A stretch of 63,819 bases of DNA, the filler included, from Pelomyxa schiedti (taxonomy: Eukaryota; Protista; Evosea), in assembly GCA_020536535.1 (NCBI GenBank). It is 10 parts of 10 records of this genome, joined end to end, with 100 filler letters (N's around TTAATTAATTAA, not from the genome) between each part and the next. Parts side by side here need not be neighbours in the genome. Positions count along the whole stretch, not along the records: positions 1 to 9,175 come from JAHLWZ010000774.1; positions 9,276 to 19,300 come from JAHLWZ010000499.1; 8 more parts are not named here. One strand, given 5' to 3'. Under the pieces are notes generated by a model. The model had not been told where the DNA came from, ran no database searches, and worked only from the letters and a program-made list of their open reading frames with translations. The first letter of the stretch is position 1; each line of letters opens with the position of its first letter. A program made the translations under genes and the position numbers. Positions 1 to 12,133 of the stretch are shown here, piece by piece.

Positions 1-1376
1 TTTGTGAATGGTGGAATGTGAAGTTATCTGAGAGGAAATTTCCTTGGGATACAACTCGATTGCAGTACGGAGTCACTTGCCCCTGTGGGTGACTCTTTTG
101 CCTCAAAATATAATCTAATATTATAAGATATTACTTATTTATAATATAATATCACTCAATATTTTTACCACCAGCATGCTCTGTATTTGTGGATTCACAT
201 CTACTACGGTTGCTTGGTGAGGATAAGTACCGCCTTTTCAATGAACTGTGCTCCTCAAAGGCACTCACAGTATGTTTCGAACTCACAAACTATTCTGACG
301 AAATAAGAGCCCCACATTATCTGGGATTTACTGTGCAGTACCGGGTTGTTCTGAAGTTCCATTTATGACAGCCTCTTTGTCTGATCACTTTGGGCAGTGC
401 CCCAAATGCAAGGTAAGGCTTCGTTTTGTGTGCAAGCCATACTAATTTCTTTGCAGAAGTTCACCTGTGTTGCTTGCTTGAAGTTGGCAAATATGTGCAC
501 GTGTGCCAATGTGGACCCAGCGTTGGTGGCCCGGTACAAAAAAGAAGTGCAGGGTAAGGAAAGACTACTCTAATCCCTGACTAACATCTTTGGAGGCCAT
601 CTGCCAATGTGTAGATCTCAACAAATCCCAGTAAGGGAGAGGGTGCGCACTGTCTCATTGAGAGGCCAGCAGACTTACACAATTTATGTGTGGAACTGCT
701 CTCTCTCCTTCCAAAACTCATTTTTTATTTATAGTATCACCTGGATGATACAATTGATGTACTCCGGTGCCTGTTTGAGAGGGATCACCCTGATATTCCT
801 TGCTACATGCAAAAACTGGTCTTCAGTGGCCAGGAAATGCCCTCGAACAAGCCGCTGAGGGCGTTCGGTCTGTCAGCCAGCACAACAATGCACTTGATTC
901 TTCTGTCGACAGCACAGCAAATGCCACCAAGGTATTCCCCAGTTTCAAACTTATTTTCGATTATATCACACTCACTTCTCCAAGGGATCCAAACAGCAGA
1001 CCAACTCCAGCCACTGGTGGGGATGCCTCTTTAATAGGAAAGCCCTGCCCGCAATGTCGAACTGTGGGAGTTCATTACAGGTTTCTATTCTTCCACTACA
1101 ACTAGTACCGCTAAAGTCACCTTACAAGGGATCACCATTGCCACCACATTCAGTGCCTATGTGGTTACAACTATTGGTGTGTATCCTTCCACCACCCCTG
1201 CACCTGTACACTACTGATTCTGTAATTTTCTGTGCTTGTGCAGTTATGTTTGCCTTGGTGCATATGAGGGATACCCTGCAAAATGCAAGAACGGGTGCAA
1301 GCTGTGGTGCTCCAGGCAGTGTGACTGCCCTGTTTGCCCTGACTGCACTGACAATTTCAAATGTGAGTATGCGTAA
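1..1376 (+). CDS. RBR-type (RING-IBR-RING) E3 ubiquitin ligase, 5' partial, multi-exon
   Basis: Spliced exons give an IBR-like segment (CAVPGC...GQCPKCK, KFTCVACLK...CTC) and an Rcat/RING2-like segment KPCPQCRTVGVHYR-DHHCHHIQCLCGYNYCYVC. A Cys-rich tail ends at TAA 1374-1376. Confidence 0.75.
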
Positions 1377-1535
1377 GGTGTACCAAAAATCTAGTAGCTT
1401 TTCGAAACAATTTCCTGCTTTCGAAGAAACAAAAAATCATCACTCAGAAAAAACAAACGGGGAGCGTCGTTTGCCGACGATAACGAATTAATTCTGCTCC
1501 GGCTTGATTCTGTGTATTCACCCAGTTCAAGAACC

Positions 1536-2329
1536 ATGGGCCAGCAAGAAGAAGAACCGAAGCCGCAACATCACACATCGACACTTCTTCGGTGCCACCG
1601 GGGGCCGCGTCCTCCCATAGTCCACCATTGCCAAACCAGCAGCTTGGATCCACATAAAAGCAGACCGTGGGCTGCGGGAGAGACTCGAGTTCGGGGATGA
1701 GATCGCCGATACCTAATCAAAGTTTGGAAGCTGACATTCAAAAACTCAAGGTGTCTCATGCACAGGCGGTGAAAGATCTACGAAATAGAGCCAAGAAACC
1801 TGAGGAAGAAGCTCAAAAATTAGAGCAAATCAAAAAGAAGGAAGAAGCCTTACTGAGAGAGAACTCTGAAAAGAGCTGAAGCACTCCCGCAACAAACGGA
1901 CACAGAGAACACTCTCCCCTTCAAAAATCTAGACCCACTTGCACTGGGTACATTGCCAAAAGGGAGCCCCACAGGTAATTCTCTCCATGAAACCAAATAA
2001 CTCTCAAAAGAAGTCCCTACTGATCTTGATGATGATCCTGGGAATTTCGCTTCCCCTCTAGAGGCCTCACTTCTTGCCTCATCACTTGACTTTATGCAAC
2101 AGGTACTGTGGTTATCTGTCAAACATGTATTTCTCGACTTGTGTGGATTGTCATGGACCCTGCCACAACAATGTGCCCATATTGTGGCAAGGACTGCCCC
2201 ACGAAGCTTGTATGTGCCTGTGGACTCATATTCTACTGCAGTGCTGAGTGCCAGCTGCATGACTGGGACTCACACAAGGAGATCTGCCCTACCTCTGTCA
2301 TCCGGATTCGTTTTGGGAAAAAGGTGTAA
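1536..2329 (+). CDS. MYND zinc-finger protein with coiled-coil N-terminal part; reading frame disrupted or splicing unresolved
   Basis: ORF 2108-2329 encodes CPYCGK...CACGLIFYCSAECQLHDWDSHKEIC (MYND consensus). The upstream charged coiled-coil ORFs 1512-1879 are in other frames or end in stops. Confidence 0.55.
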
Positions 2330-2546
2330 GTAGTGACAATTGGTGTTGAACAAGGTTTATTGCAGAATACCTCCAATAATATAAACACTGTTACAAGCAG
2401 TGCAGAGACTATTAACCGTGGAGAGGAAAAATTCTGAGGGTCTTTGTCGTTTGGAGTGTTGACCTCAGGATCTTCAGTGAGATCGACTCTGTGTTACGAG
2501 AAACGGACAGAAAAAGAAAAGTCTTTGGGGGGGAGGCAGGGAACTG

Positions 2547-4179
2547 ATGTCATCGTCGTCGGCGTACGTTGAGGTTGAGACGTGGGGGGGCATGGAGGGG
2601 ATTACTGTCACTTTTGCGTTCCTCTCTTTGTTGGCCTGCTCTTTCGTGTTCTCTTCGCTGTTGATTTCTGGGGTACGTTCATCATTGTGGGATTACGTTG
2701 TAATTTGTTGTATTTATTATTATTATATAAATAAATGTCATTGTAATCGTAGTATATGAGCCACTATTTACGGCAAGTTTTTCGTTCAGGACTTTGTTAT
2801 TATCCCGTATTTTGGAGTATTGTGCTTGAGTGTCAGCGATTTCATCCAGGGCTTATCTGTGGTATGACTGCAATGTAAAGAAACAATAGCACTTATCCAT
2901 GAAAAAGCTTGTTGCCCAATTTGAAACGAATAACAAAGGTGCATGCGAGGCTGCAGGTTCGCTCTTCTATTACAATTACATAGTGTCCAATTACCGGGTT
3001 TTTTTTTTTTTTTTTTTCACTCTAGGGTTTCTTGGGCAAACTTCTGATGTAGCCGGCAATGCGTTGGTGTTGTACATTGCAATTACCCTCTTTCTCCATT
3101 TGCGCAAGCAGTTCAAAAAAAGTGGCACACCTGATGCCGACTCATTGACAATCAAATGGTACCACCTTGTGGCAGTTGCTTGCATCTGGTATTTTCCTCT
3201 CCGCTTACAAAGTCTCTACTTAGTAATTCCTCTGTTCCCCACCTTGTAATTTTTACAAGAGGATTGTTGCAATTGGATCTGCTATTGTGCCTTTGACTGA
3301 GTGGCTTGGCGTTCACTACGGCAAGGGACCAATAGGAACATGCTGGTATAAAAAAAAAAAAAAATAGATAGGGAATAGCTGAACTCATGCCCTTCTCCTT
3401 CAAGGATAGGTGCTGATCCGTTGATGGCCCGCTTTGTATTTTCCTCTCACATTATTATCGATAACTTTTCGCAGGTGTTATTTTATATTGGATTCTGGAT
3501 TCTTTTTGTAATAACAGCAACAATGTATACTGTAATATTTTCTCTGGTTCCCGTGCTACCTGAAGGTGATTCTCCGGTATGTATTTCTATGGATGTTTTT
3601 TGCACTCACACAATTGCAGGGTCAGAGAGTTCAGCCGCGTCAATTCCTGTTCGCTCTGTCCATGATCATCATTTGGGTGCCTTGCACAATAAACCGGGTT
3701 TGTGAAAGTGTGGGGCACCCTGTCCGCGGACTTGAATACATGCAAGCCATTGTTCTTCCCCTATGGGGGTATGTGCAATTTTCGTCCCTAAATCAACATT
3801 CTCAGTCTCCACAAGGTTTGTAGATAGTACCATCTATTTCTTCTCCAAGTTCCGGCTTGCCCACGTTTCTGAAATATTGTCAATTGGAACAGCGGAGGAG
3901 TCCATTGTGACCAAGACACTGGCAAGGCTAAAGCGATTTGTACAACTATTCTATTAGAATTCAATTCCACAAACAAAACCCTTCCTGTGTACCACTATCC
4001 CCTCTGATGATGATTCTTTCGTTTTGTTTTTTGGGGCACTAAAACCCCTGATTGCCTGTCAAGAGTTTTTCGCCCATCTTGATTCATTTTTTTTAAAAAT
4101 CAACCACCCATCAGACGGTGCCGGTGTCGTCGCACAAGGCCCCCAACCCCAAAGGAGGAGATCTAGATCTGCGCCCTAA
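2547..4179 (+). CDS. Seven-TM GPCR, cAMP-receptor-like (CrlA/Git3-type), multi-exon
   Basis: Successive hydrophobic exons: TM1 FAFLSLLACSFVFSSLLI, TM2 LCLSVSDFIQGL, an extracellular-loop GPIGTCW, TM6 FALSMIIIWVPCTINR and TM7 MQAIVLPLWG-FVDSTIYF. Confidence 0.75.
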
Positions 4180-4438
4180 GTAGTTTCGATAGTACCACAG
4201 AGAGAAGGACAAGAAAAATGGTGTTTTGCAAGCAGGGTTGGGGATGGGAGTGGCCACCGACGGCTAGTTGCACGACTACTTTCTTCAGGAAGAATCCGTT
4301 CTTCNNNNNNNNNNNNNNNNNNNNNNNNNNNNNNNNNNNNNNNNNNNNNNNNNNNNNNNNNNNNNNNNNNNNNNNNNNNNNNNNNNNNNNNNNNNNNNNN
4401 NNNNTTTCGATAGTACCACAGAGAGAAGGACAAGAAAA

Positions 4439-6233
4439 ATGGTGTTTTGCAAGCAGGGTTGGGGATGGGAGTGGCCACCGACGGCTAGTTGCACGACTAC
4501 TTTCTTCAGGAAGAATCCGTTCTTCAGCGTTCCGGTCTTTTTGGCGTCAGGAACATTCGCTGTTGTTCTCAGTAAAGTTATGATGGACGTCAGCTCCGAG
4601 GGAAGATATGGCGATGTATGACCTCTACTTTTGTTACCCCCTCCCCCCCCTTTTTTTTCCCCTTTCGCTTATGAATGAATGGTTTTTCCTCCTGTTTTGT
4701 TTGCAATCAGGTCCATGACTTTGAGAAGCCCTGGTTCTTGGACTGGTCTATGTTTGTGGGTATGATGTTCTGCCTCATTGGATTCTTTGGTGAGATGCTC
4801 TATCGTAAAGTTCGCCAACTGGAGGTAGATACACCATTTTCCACAATTTTCCTTTGTTTAACGGAGTATTTCAGAAATTTGTTATCACCCCAAAACTTTA
4901 TTGGGTCATCATTGCTCCAGCACTGTGTGATATGGTAAATGAAATACTCGTCCCTTTTGTTTCTAATATGATGCCAGATAAGCACTTTCATGATGAATGT
5001 CGGTCTTCTGTGGGTCCCAGCTTCTATTTGGCAGGTATTCATCTAATTGTTCCTTAGTAGCCCAACGAATTTAGATGTTGAGAGGCTCTATAATCATTTT
5101 TACAGCTATACTACGTATCACCTACCGTAAAACGAAGCTTTACCCATCAGGTATCCCCCTAGAATCAACACATTAACCTAATTATCTCAACGGCAGAGTG
5201 GGTCGGAGTCATTATTGTAACGATCTCCCTTGTTATTGTTGGTGGAGCCTGCATCAAAACACCAGGAGAGGGTGTACCAGCATCATCTGCGGGTTCCACA
5301 GGAGATAGTGGCACTCCAGCATGGGAGTTAGTGTTGGGCATGATCCTAGTTATTGCGGCACAATTTTTACAAGCCTTGCAAACCATTGTTGAAGAAACCC
5401 TGATGCATGATGTGAAGGCTCCTCCCACACTTATTGTAGGCATGGAGGGAGTGGTATGTAAGGAGGCCTGTCAGAAATCATCTAAATACCGTTTCTTCAG
5501 TGGGGATTTGTTCTTTGCACATTCATTTCTATGCCCATTGCACAGGTGCTTCCAGGGCCCGAAGGTGAAGGTTTACATGAGGTTTGAGGAAACAAAACCT
5601 TTTGCACTTTAACCCTTGTTATCAGGACTCCGTGGATTCGTTTATCATGTTGGGTAATAGTAATGAATTATTGGGTCTTGCAATTGGTTACGTCCTCGTC
5701 ATTTTGATATTTGTAAGTTCGCTGGGCACTTTTTCCATTCAGTAATATCACTAAAGAACCTTTACGGCATGATTATAACGGAAGTAACCAATGCCATGGT
5801 AAGGAACTTACTAGAGCCAATTAGGACCCTATTCATTTGGGTGACTGATATTTGTATGTAACATCTTTTCGTCATTCCATAACTTAGTCGGCTCCGAAAG
5901 TCATTTTCTATGTTATTGACGAACGCTATGGTGAGTCTCTCAACCTCTGGAGTATCCTCGAGGGATTTGGCTTCGTCGTTCTTGTCATCGGGTATAGAAA
6001 CCCTAGACTTACCAGTAACCTAACACCGCTCCCCCGAAAAAAGGTTCTGCATCTACAACAGCGTAATTAAGATACCGCACTTGCCCGGTCCACCTTCCGA
6101 CGAAGAGAAGGAGCCACTACTTTCCAAACAAGAGCCCTCACTACAGGGGAACGAAAAGGACGACCGCAGGTCTGACCCAGAAGACTTCCCGCCTCCCACG
6201 CGTACCGCTCCCGTTGCCGACAACGATGCATAG
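4439..6233 (+). CDS. SLC35F6: SLC35F6-like nucleotide-sugar/EamA-fold transporter, multi-exon
   Basis: Motifs HDFEKPWFLDWSMFVGMMFCL, IIAPALCD, QMLRGSIIIF and GMILVIAAQFLQALQTIVEE...VGMEG. The first exon is duplicated across the N-gap (4218 copy). Confidence 0.85.
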
Positions 6234-6439
6234 TCCAACTTTCTCACACACCACCCCCTCCAACAACACTGTGTTGTGTGTAGTACCCTGCCATAACCAC
6301 ACATCCCAAAGCAAAAACAAAATGTTTGCCCACTAGTACAACAACTTTGTTGAACTTCTCTATTCCCAAAGAACAACAAATACACGAACATCCACGACAA
6401 TCTACAGAGTCTCGGGCCATCAAATTCGAAACATCAAGC

Positions 6440-8825
6440 ATGCTGGACCACGGTGGCGCGCCCGCAAACACGGACCAGGACTACAACGGAGCCAGGCTCA
6501 AGAACAGCAAGGACAAGCTCCTTCCCGACCAGGACGACGACGACGCCCACGACGAGGAAGACTACGACAACAAGGACAAGGACGGCAACGGGGGCCCGCA
6601 GCACAGCACCACCAGTACCACCGGCAACAACAAGAAGCACGGCAGCAAGCACAGCCTCCGCCACCAGCACCAGCACGTGCGCCGCGCTGGCCGATACGAC
6701 CAGCACCACCACATCCACGACCCGAACAGCCGCCAGCGCCACGCCGTGGTCCAGTCCCTGCGCAACTCACATCCCACAATCGGCGATGAGGACGCCGACC
6801 CCGCCGAAGGGAAGAAGGTGCTGCCCGCCCCCCCCGACGCACCAACGGCCGGGCGCGACGTCGAGGCCGGGAAGGAGGAGCACGGCGGCGGCGGCGGCGA
6901 TTTGGTCGAGCCGGAAAGCCCGGCGGCGGAATCTCACGGACAGATCAACGAGCACTACTACCCCGAATTGCAGGCGGACTCTGGGTACTTCTGCGTCGAC
7001 ATACTGAGGCTCATCGCGGTCGTCGGGATGGTGTGGAAGAACGTCGTCGGCAGGTTCACGCTGGCGTCGAATCCCGTGGCCAGGGCGCTGGGCGGCGACT
7101 GGGTGTCCCCGCTGTTCGTGATGGCTGCCGGGATGAGGTACACCTTCGCTCCTCCTCTGAGTAACTTATGGGAGAGCCTCTCATTCTGATAGAGTGTTTA
7201 AAGATTGGCCGCGGAGCAGCGACATTTGCAAGAACAGATCAGATTGCAAAGAACCAAGAGTCTGGAATTGGAGACCCACGCCTTCTTTAAGCAATTTACG
7301 AGATCCGCTATGGTACACGGTTTTTTTTTTTTTATTTTATTTACGCGCTTTGTTTGTTTGACAATAACCAACCAAAACCGCAGATATTCCTTATTGCCGC
7401 AGTATTTGTTGTTATTGTTTTTGGGCCGAAGCGCCTGTGTGTCTGGGATATATTGATAGCAATTGCTATTTCATGGTTAGCTTTATATCCTGTTCACAGA
7501 GCTCCTCTGTGGGTGCCACTTGTTTCCGCTTTTATATTCTTCTGGATTTCACCCGTCATGTTGCCACCCTACCCAAATTTCCAGTTCAATAACTTTCCCT
7601 TAGCTTTTGGCTCTTGGATGCTTCCAAGTACTACACGAAGGGATACTATAATACCCTATGGGGGGATGGGACAGCATTTGGGAGTTTAGTATTTTTTGGG
7701 CCAACTCCTCTCTTCCCTATGATAGGATTTATGTTTTTGGGTGATTTTTTGACACGGTTTCTATCTTCTTTTTCCCTCGTGCTCCCTTACATTTGACTAG
7801 GTCACTTCTCACCGCACCATTTCTCACTGAGAGTCGTCGCGCTGCTGTGGCCTTATTTGGTGTTGTTGTTCTGTGCATTGGCGTTGAATGTGTTGCTGGT
7901 GGAAATGCGGGAATGGTACAAGTTGTAACAGAGGGGCGTGAAGTTCCNNNNNNNNNNNNNNNNNNNNNNNNNNNNNNNNNNNNNNNNNNNNNNNNNNNNN
8001 NNNNNNNNNNNNNNNNNNNNNNNNNNNNNNNNNNNNNNNNNNNNNNNCTGAGAGTCGTCGCGCTGCTGTGGCCTTATTTGGTGTTGTTGTTCTGTGCATT
8101 GGCGTTGAATGTGTTGCTGGTGGAAATGCGGGAATGGTACAAGTTGTAACAGAGGGGCGTGAAGTTCCAGACATTGCCCTCCTTCTGTTTGGCTATAGTG
8201 TCACGCCATTCACTGCTGCATGGTCAATGACATTGGCAGGCGCCTATATCACAGTGACCGCCGGACTTGCAAGTATATTTGACCCAATTACGAGCAAGGA
8301 TATGGAGGACACCAGTGGAGTAACAGAAAGTGCTCTGAAGTGGCATTTTATGAACCTCAGTAGAAGAACTTCTAAATTCACTATGTCTCTGGTTTTGGTC
8401 TTCCTTCTCATGTTTGTTTCTGCTTATATATTCGAACAGTACATCTACCACGTTGCCCTTATTGTGATACCAATCCGAATAGCAGGATGTATAATTGCTG
8501 GTAATCAAGACGAATACATGGTAGGAGTTGGAAAGCCCATTTGGTCCGGCAATCAGTATTTCGGGTACTTCTTAATTTACAAGCACCGCTTTGAATCATC
8601 CATCCTCCTAACAAATTGTACAGAGCCCTTTTCCTTGTCCCGGCTGGAGTTGTGTACTTTGTTTTACTATATGCCTTCTGCATTCTTTGGGAAGAAAAGG
8701 GTAAGAGTGGCTTACTATCCACAGAGTGGATTTCAGCCAAAGCCACGAACTCTAACGTGGTCAAAATCCTCGCTATGCGTTTCTCCGGCTTTCTCCAAGC
8801 AATAAGCATAAAATATTTTACATAA
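6440..8825 (+). CDS. Polytopic membrane protein with DUF1624/HGSNAT-catalytic-like domain and acidic/His-rich N-terminal extension
   Basis: VDILRLIAVVGM, VSPLFVMAAGM, WDILIAIAIS and PLFPMIGFMFLG resemble DUF1624 acyltransferase motifs (D-x-LRG-x-A, P-x-F-x-F-x2-G, FPLFPW). Multiple TM exons follow. Confidence 0.6.
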
Positions 8826-9219
8826 CATTAAAGATGCCAACACACACCAAAAAAAAAAACGTGTTAGGTGGGTTACGAACCGGGCACGAGTGTGCTACTA
8901 CCCCACCCTATTTTTTTAGCATCAGGGCTGCTGGATTTTGTGTTGGTGGTAACTCTGTTGAGGTGCGCTGTTGTTCTATTAATTACACGAACAAACATAG
9001 GAACAACGAAACAAAGACAAGGGTAACCACCCAAAAATGGGGGAACAAAGTGAACCATTTTTGGGTGGGTTTCATAATCATGTTGCTAGGCACATACAGT
9101 CGACAGTCAGTCACTCCCTCACACACACTAGTGCCTCCAGAAAAATGGAGCGAAAGAAAAAAAAAAAAGAAAAAGNNNNNNNNNNNNNNNNNNNNNNNNN
9201 NNNNNNNNNNNNNNNNNNN

Positions 9220-9231
9220 TTAATTAATTAA
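9220..9231. other. Artificial scaffold linker TTAATTAATTAA (one of nine)
   Basis: The identical 12-mer, with stops in all six frames and padded by Ns, also occurs at 19345, 21046, 31728, 35612, 53874, 56378, 57654 and 59493. Confidence 0.97.
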
Positions 9232-9275
9232 NNNNNNNNNNNNNNNNNNNNNNNNNNNNNNNNNNNNNNNNNNNN

Positions 9276-9394
9276 GTTTGTTTGTTTGTTTGTTTGTTTG
9301 TTTGTTTGTTTGTTTGTTTGTTTGTTTGTTTGTTTGTTTGTTTGTTTGTTTGTTTGTTTGTTTGTTTGTTTGTTTGTTTGTTTGTTTGTTTGTT
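9276..9394 (+). repeat. (GTTT)n microsatellite
   Basis: Uninterrupted GTTT array at the scaffold start. Its reverse complement (AAAC)n lies at about 10580-10698. Confidence 0.95.
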
Positions 9395-9475
9395 ATTGCT
9401 TTTTTTTTCTTTTTCTGGCTTTGTACTGGAAGGATATCCCTTAACAAAACAAAACAAAATAAAATAAACAAAAGG

Positions 9476-11949
9476 AAGCTTTGGCTAGGTATGTGCAGGA
9501 ATGTGAGGTTGACTCTGCTCCACAAGGAAGTAGCACTAGCACCAGCGCCAGTACTACTACGCCGGTGTCTGTTACTACGACAACTACATCGACTACTACA
9601 ACCACTTCTACTAGTTCCACTTCGTCGTCACCTACTGCTACTGTTACTGCTTCCTCGCAACAACCAGAGGGCTGGATAAGCTGGGGTGCAAGATGGCTCT
9701 GGTCACTCGTTAGTAAGTTCCACACAATTTCTGACATTACTTCTTAGCGTACATAGGTTGGGCCATACCGTCTGGTTGTATGTAATATCAAATCATGTCC
9801 TTCATTTTCAACTAAGCTTCCTTTATAGCCTCCCAACCATCTCGCGAAGTTACATTTACCCAGGTGTTTGAGTCCCAGTATGGAGAACACCACCCAAATT
9901 TCTTTGAAGGGTCATTTGAGGCAGCACTGGCACACACCAAGTCGGCTTACAAGTTTCTTCTTGTATACTTACACTCTGACTTGCATCTAAACACACCAAT
10001 TTTTTGCAAGTACTGTAGCCCAGCCCAATTAACCATCCTTTAACCCAACACAGAAATATATTGTGCCACCCAGCAGTAATTCAGTGTATAAATGACAACT
10101 TTATCCTTTGGGTTGGAAATACAAATAAGCGGGATGGTTGGGAGGCTATAAAGGAAGCTTAGTTGAAAATGAAGGACATGATTTGATATTACATACAACC
10201 AGACGGTATGGCCCAACCTATGTACGCTAAGAAGTAATGTCAGAAATTGTGTGGAACTTACTAACGAGTGACCAGAGCCATCTTGCACCCCAGCTTATCC
10301 AGCCCTCTGGTTGTTGCGAGGAAGCAGTAACAGTAGCAGTAGGTGACGACGAAGTGGAACTAGTAGAAGTGGTTGTAGTAGTCGATGTAGTTGTCGTAGT
10401 AACAGACACCGGCGTAGTAGTACTGGCGCTGGTGCTAGTGCTACTTCCTTGTGGAGCAGAGTCAACCTCACATTCCTGCACATACCTAGCCAAAGCTTCC
10501 TTTTGTTTATTTTATTTTGTTTTGTTTTGTTAAGGGATATCCTTCCAGTACAAAGCCAGAAAAAGAAAAAAAAAGCAATAACAAACAAACAAACAAACAA
10601 ACAAACAAACAAACAAACAAACAAACAAACAAACAAACAAACAAACAAACAAACAAACAAACAAACAAACAAACAAACAAACAAACAAACAAACAAACNN
10701 NNNNNNNNNNNNNNNNNNNNNNNNNNNNNNNNNNNNNNNNNNNNNNNNNNNNNNNNNNNNNNNNNNNNNNNNNNNNNNNNNNNNNNNNNNNNNNNNNNAG
10801 CCCAGCCCAATTAACCATCCTTTAACCCAACACAGAAATATATTGTGCCACCCAGCAGTAATTCAGTGTATAAATGACAACTTTATCCTTTGGGTTGGAA
10901 ATACAAATAAGCGGGATGGAATGCTTCTTCAGTATGAACTGGGGGTTACAACATTTCCTTTTCTTGTAGTTGTATCTCCACACTCTGGCGCCGGGAAGGG
11001 TGAAGTGCTCTATAAGTTAGTTGGTAATAAGCACCACTCCACTCACATGTAATAATTTTCTATCCAGGAAAACCTATTCTTGACCATCAGCACTTTATGC
11101 ACTGTCTTCAAGCATTCTTGACACTGAGCAATGATATCATCATCCAAGCGCGCCAAAACCAGTTTGTTTCTTTACTTTTCAGATAGGGTGGTCTGACACT
11201 ATTGAATTCAGATCAAGTCTAGAACAAAGTAGAATACTTCGACAACAACAAGATGAAGCTTATCAGCAAGCCCTACAAGAGGACAGAGAAAGGGTACTGG
11301 TCCGGGATATTTTTAGAAACTAACGAAAGGGTAGGACCGGCAACAGCGGGAGAGACAAGAAAATGAAAGAAGGCAACTTGAGGCCCAAAGAAAAGCGGAA
11401 ATGGAAGAATCAAAAAGAAAAGAGGTTTACTGTTTTTATTTATTTCCGGCAACCATTTAAACCTATAAAAGAAAGAAGAACAAGACTCCCGAAGACAAAA
11501 AGAGGTTATCCAACTGGTTTTTAACCTGGAGCTTTACTTTTATTAGGAAGAAGAAAGTAGAATCCAAAGGAGGAGAGAGGTTAGTGGTTTATTTTCTCAA
11601 TTTATTCACCTTAAATTAGCAACTTCAAGCAATGATACCAGCTGAACCAAGCACCGAAGAGAATACCTGCACACTTGTCATTCGTTTACTGAATGGAGAA
11701 AAGCTAACAAGGCGATTTCCGGCAAGTTCGCCGATATCAGTATGTACACACAACAGTCAATCCCGGAAACTCACAAATTGTTCTTTGCAGGTTGTGTATG
11801 CATTCGTTGAGCTTCATGAAGTAGCACCGCCGAATTCCTACGAGCTTGTTACCAATTTCCCAAAGAAGGTGTATCCCAACAGCGGCCAGCCTCTCAGCGA
11901 CACAGAACTGTGTCCCAAGGCCCTTCTGTTTGTTCAAGAAACCTCTTGA
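9476..11949 (+). CDS. FAF2: FAF2/UBXD8-like UAS + coiled-coil + UBX domain protein, 5' partial, interrupted by an inverted chimeric segment
   Basis: UAS exons ESQYGEHHPNFFEGSFEAAL...KFLLVYLHSD and LGVTTFPFLVVV; LRQQQDEAYQQALQED; UBX domain LVIRLLNGEKLTRRF...YELVTNFPKKVY...LCPKALLFVQE. Confidence 0.85.
10133..10698 (-). repeat. Inverted duplicate of 9276-9841 (probable MDA chimera)
   Basis: Near-exact reverse complement of 9276-9841. The switch occurs at a GATGG microhomology (10133-10137), and the forward gene resumes after the N-gap at 10799. Confidence 0.85.
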
Positions 11950-12133
11950 ACAACTCCCCAAAAGCAAACTGTCCCTCACCAATAGCAATGAGAGAGTGGA
12001 ACTCTTGTTGAAGCACAGGAGAGCCTAATGCACATAAAACAACTTTTCGAACTTCTTTTTCTGGTTTCAAAGAAACGAAAACCAGATTTCCGGTAACGCA
12101 AGTTAATCAATACAAACAAAGGGATACGAGGGG

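Noticed and set aside
4186-8167. Direct duplications of about 120 nt flanking N-gaps (4186-4304/4407-4525, 7829-7947/8048-8167; also 17591/18101 and 60360/60579)
   Set aside because: Identical, k-mer-sized overlaps on either side of 100-N gaps are scaffolding artefacts.
10133-10698. Inverted duplication inside the FAF2-like gene as a biological rearrangement or hairpin-RNA locus
   Set aside because: It is a near-exact inverted copy that switches strand at a short microhomology and ends at an N-gap, after which the gene resumes. This is the classic signature of an amplification (MDA) chimera.
9278-10825. ORFs of FVCL or KQTN repeats
   Set aside because: They are translations of the (GTTT)n/(AAAC)n microsatellite.
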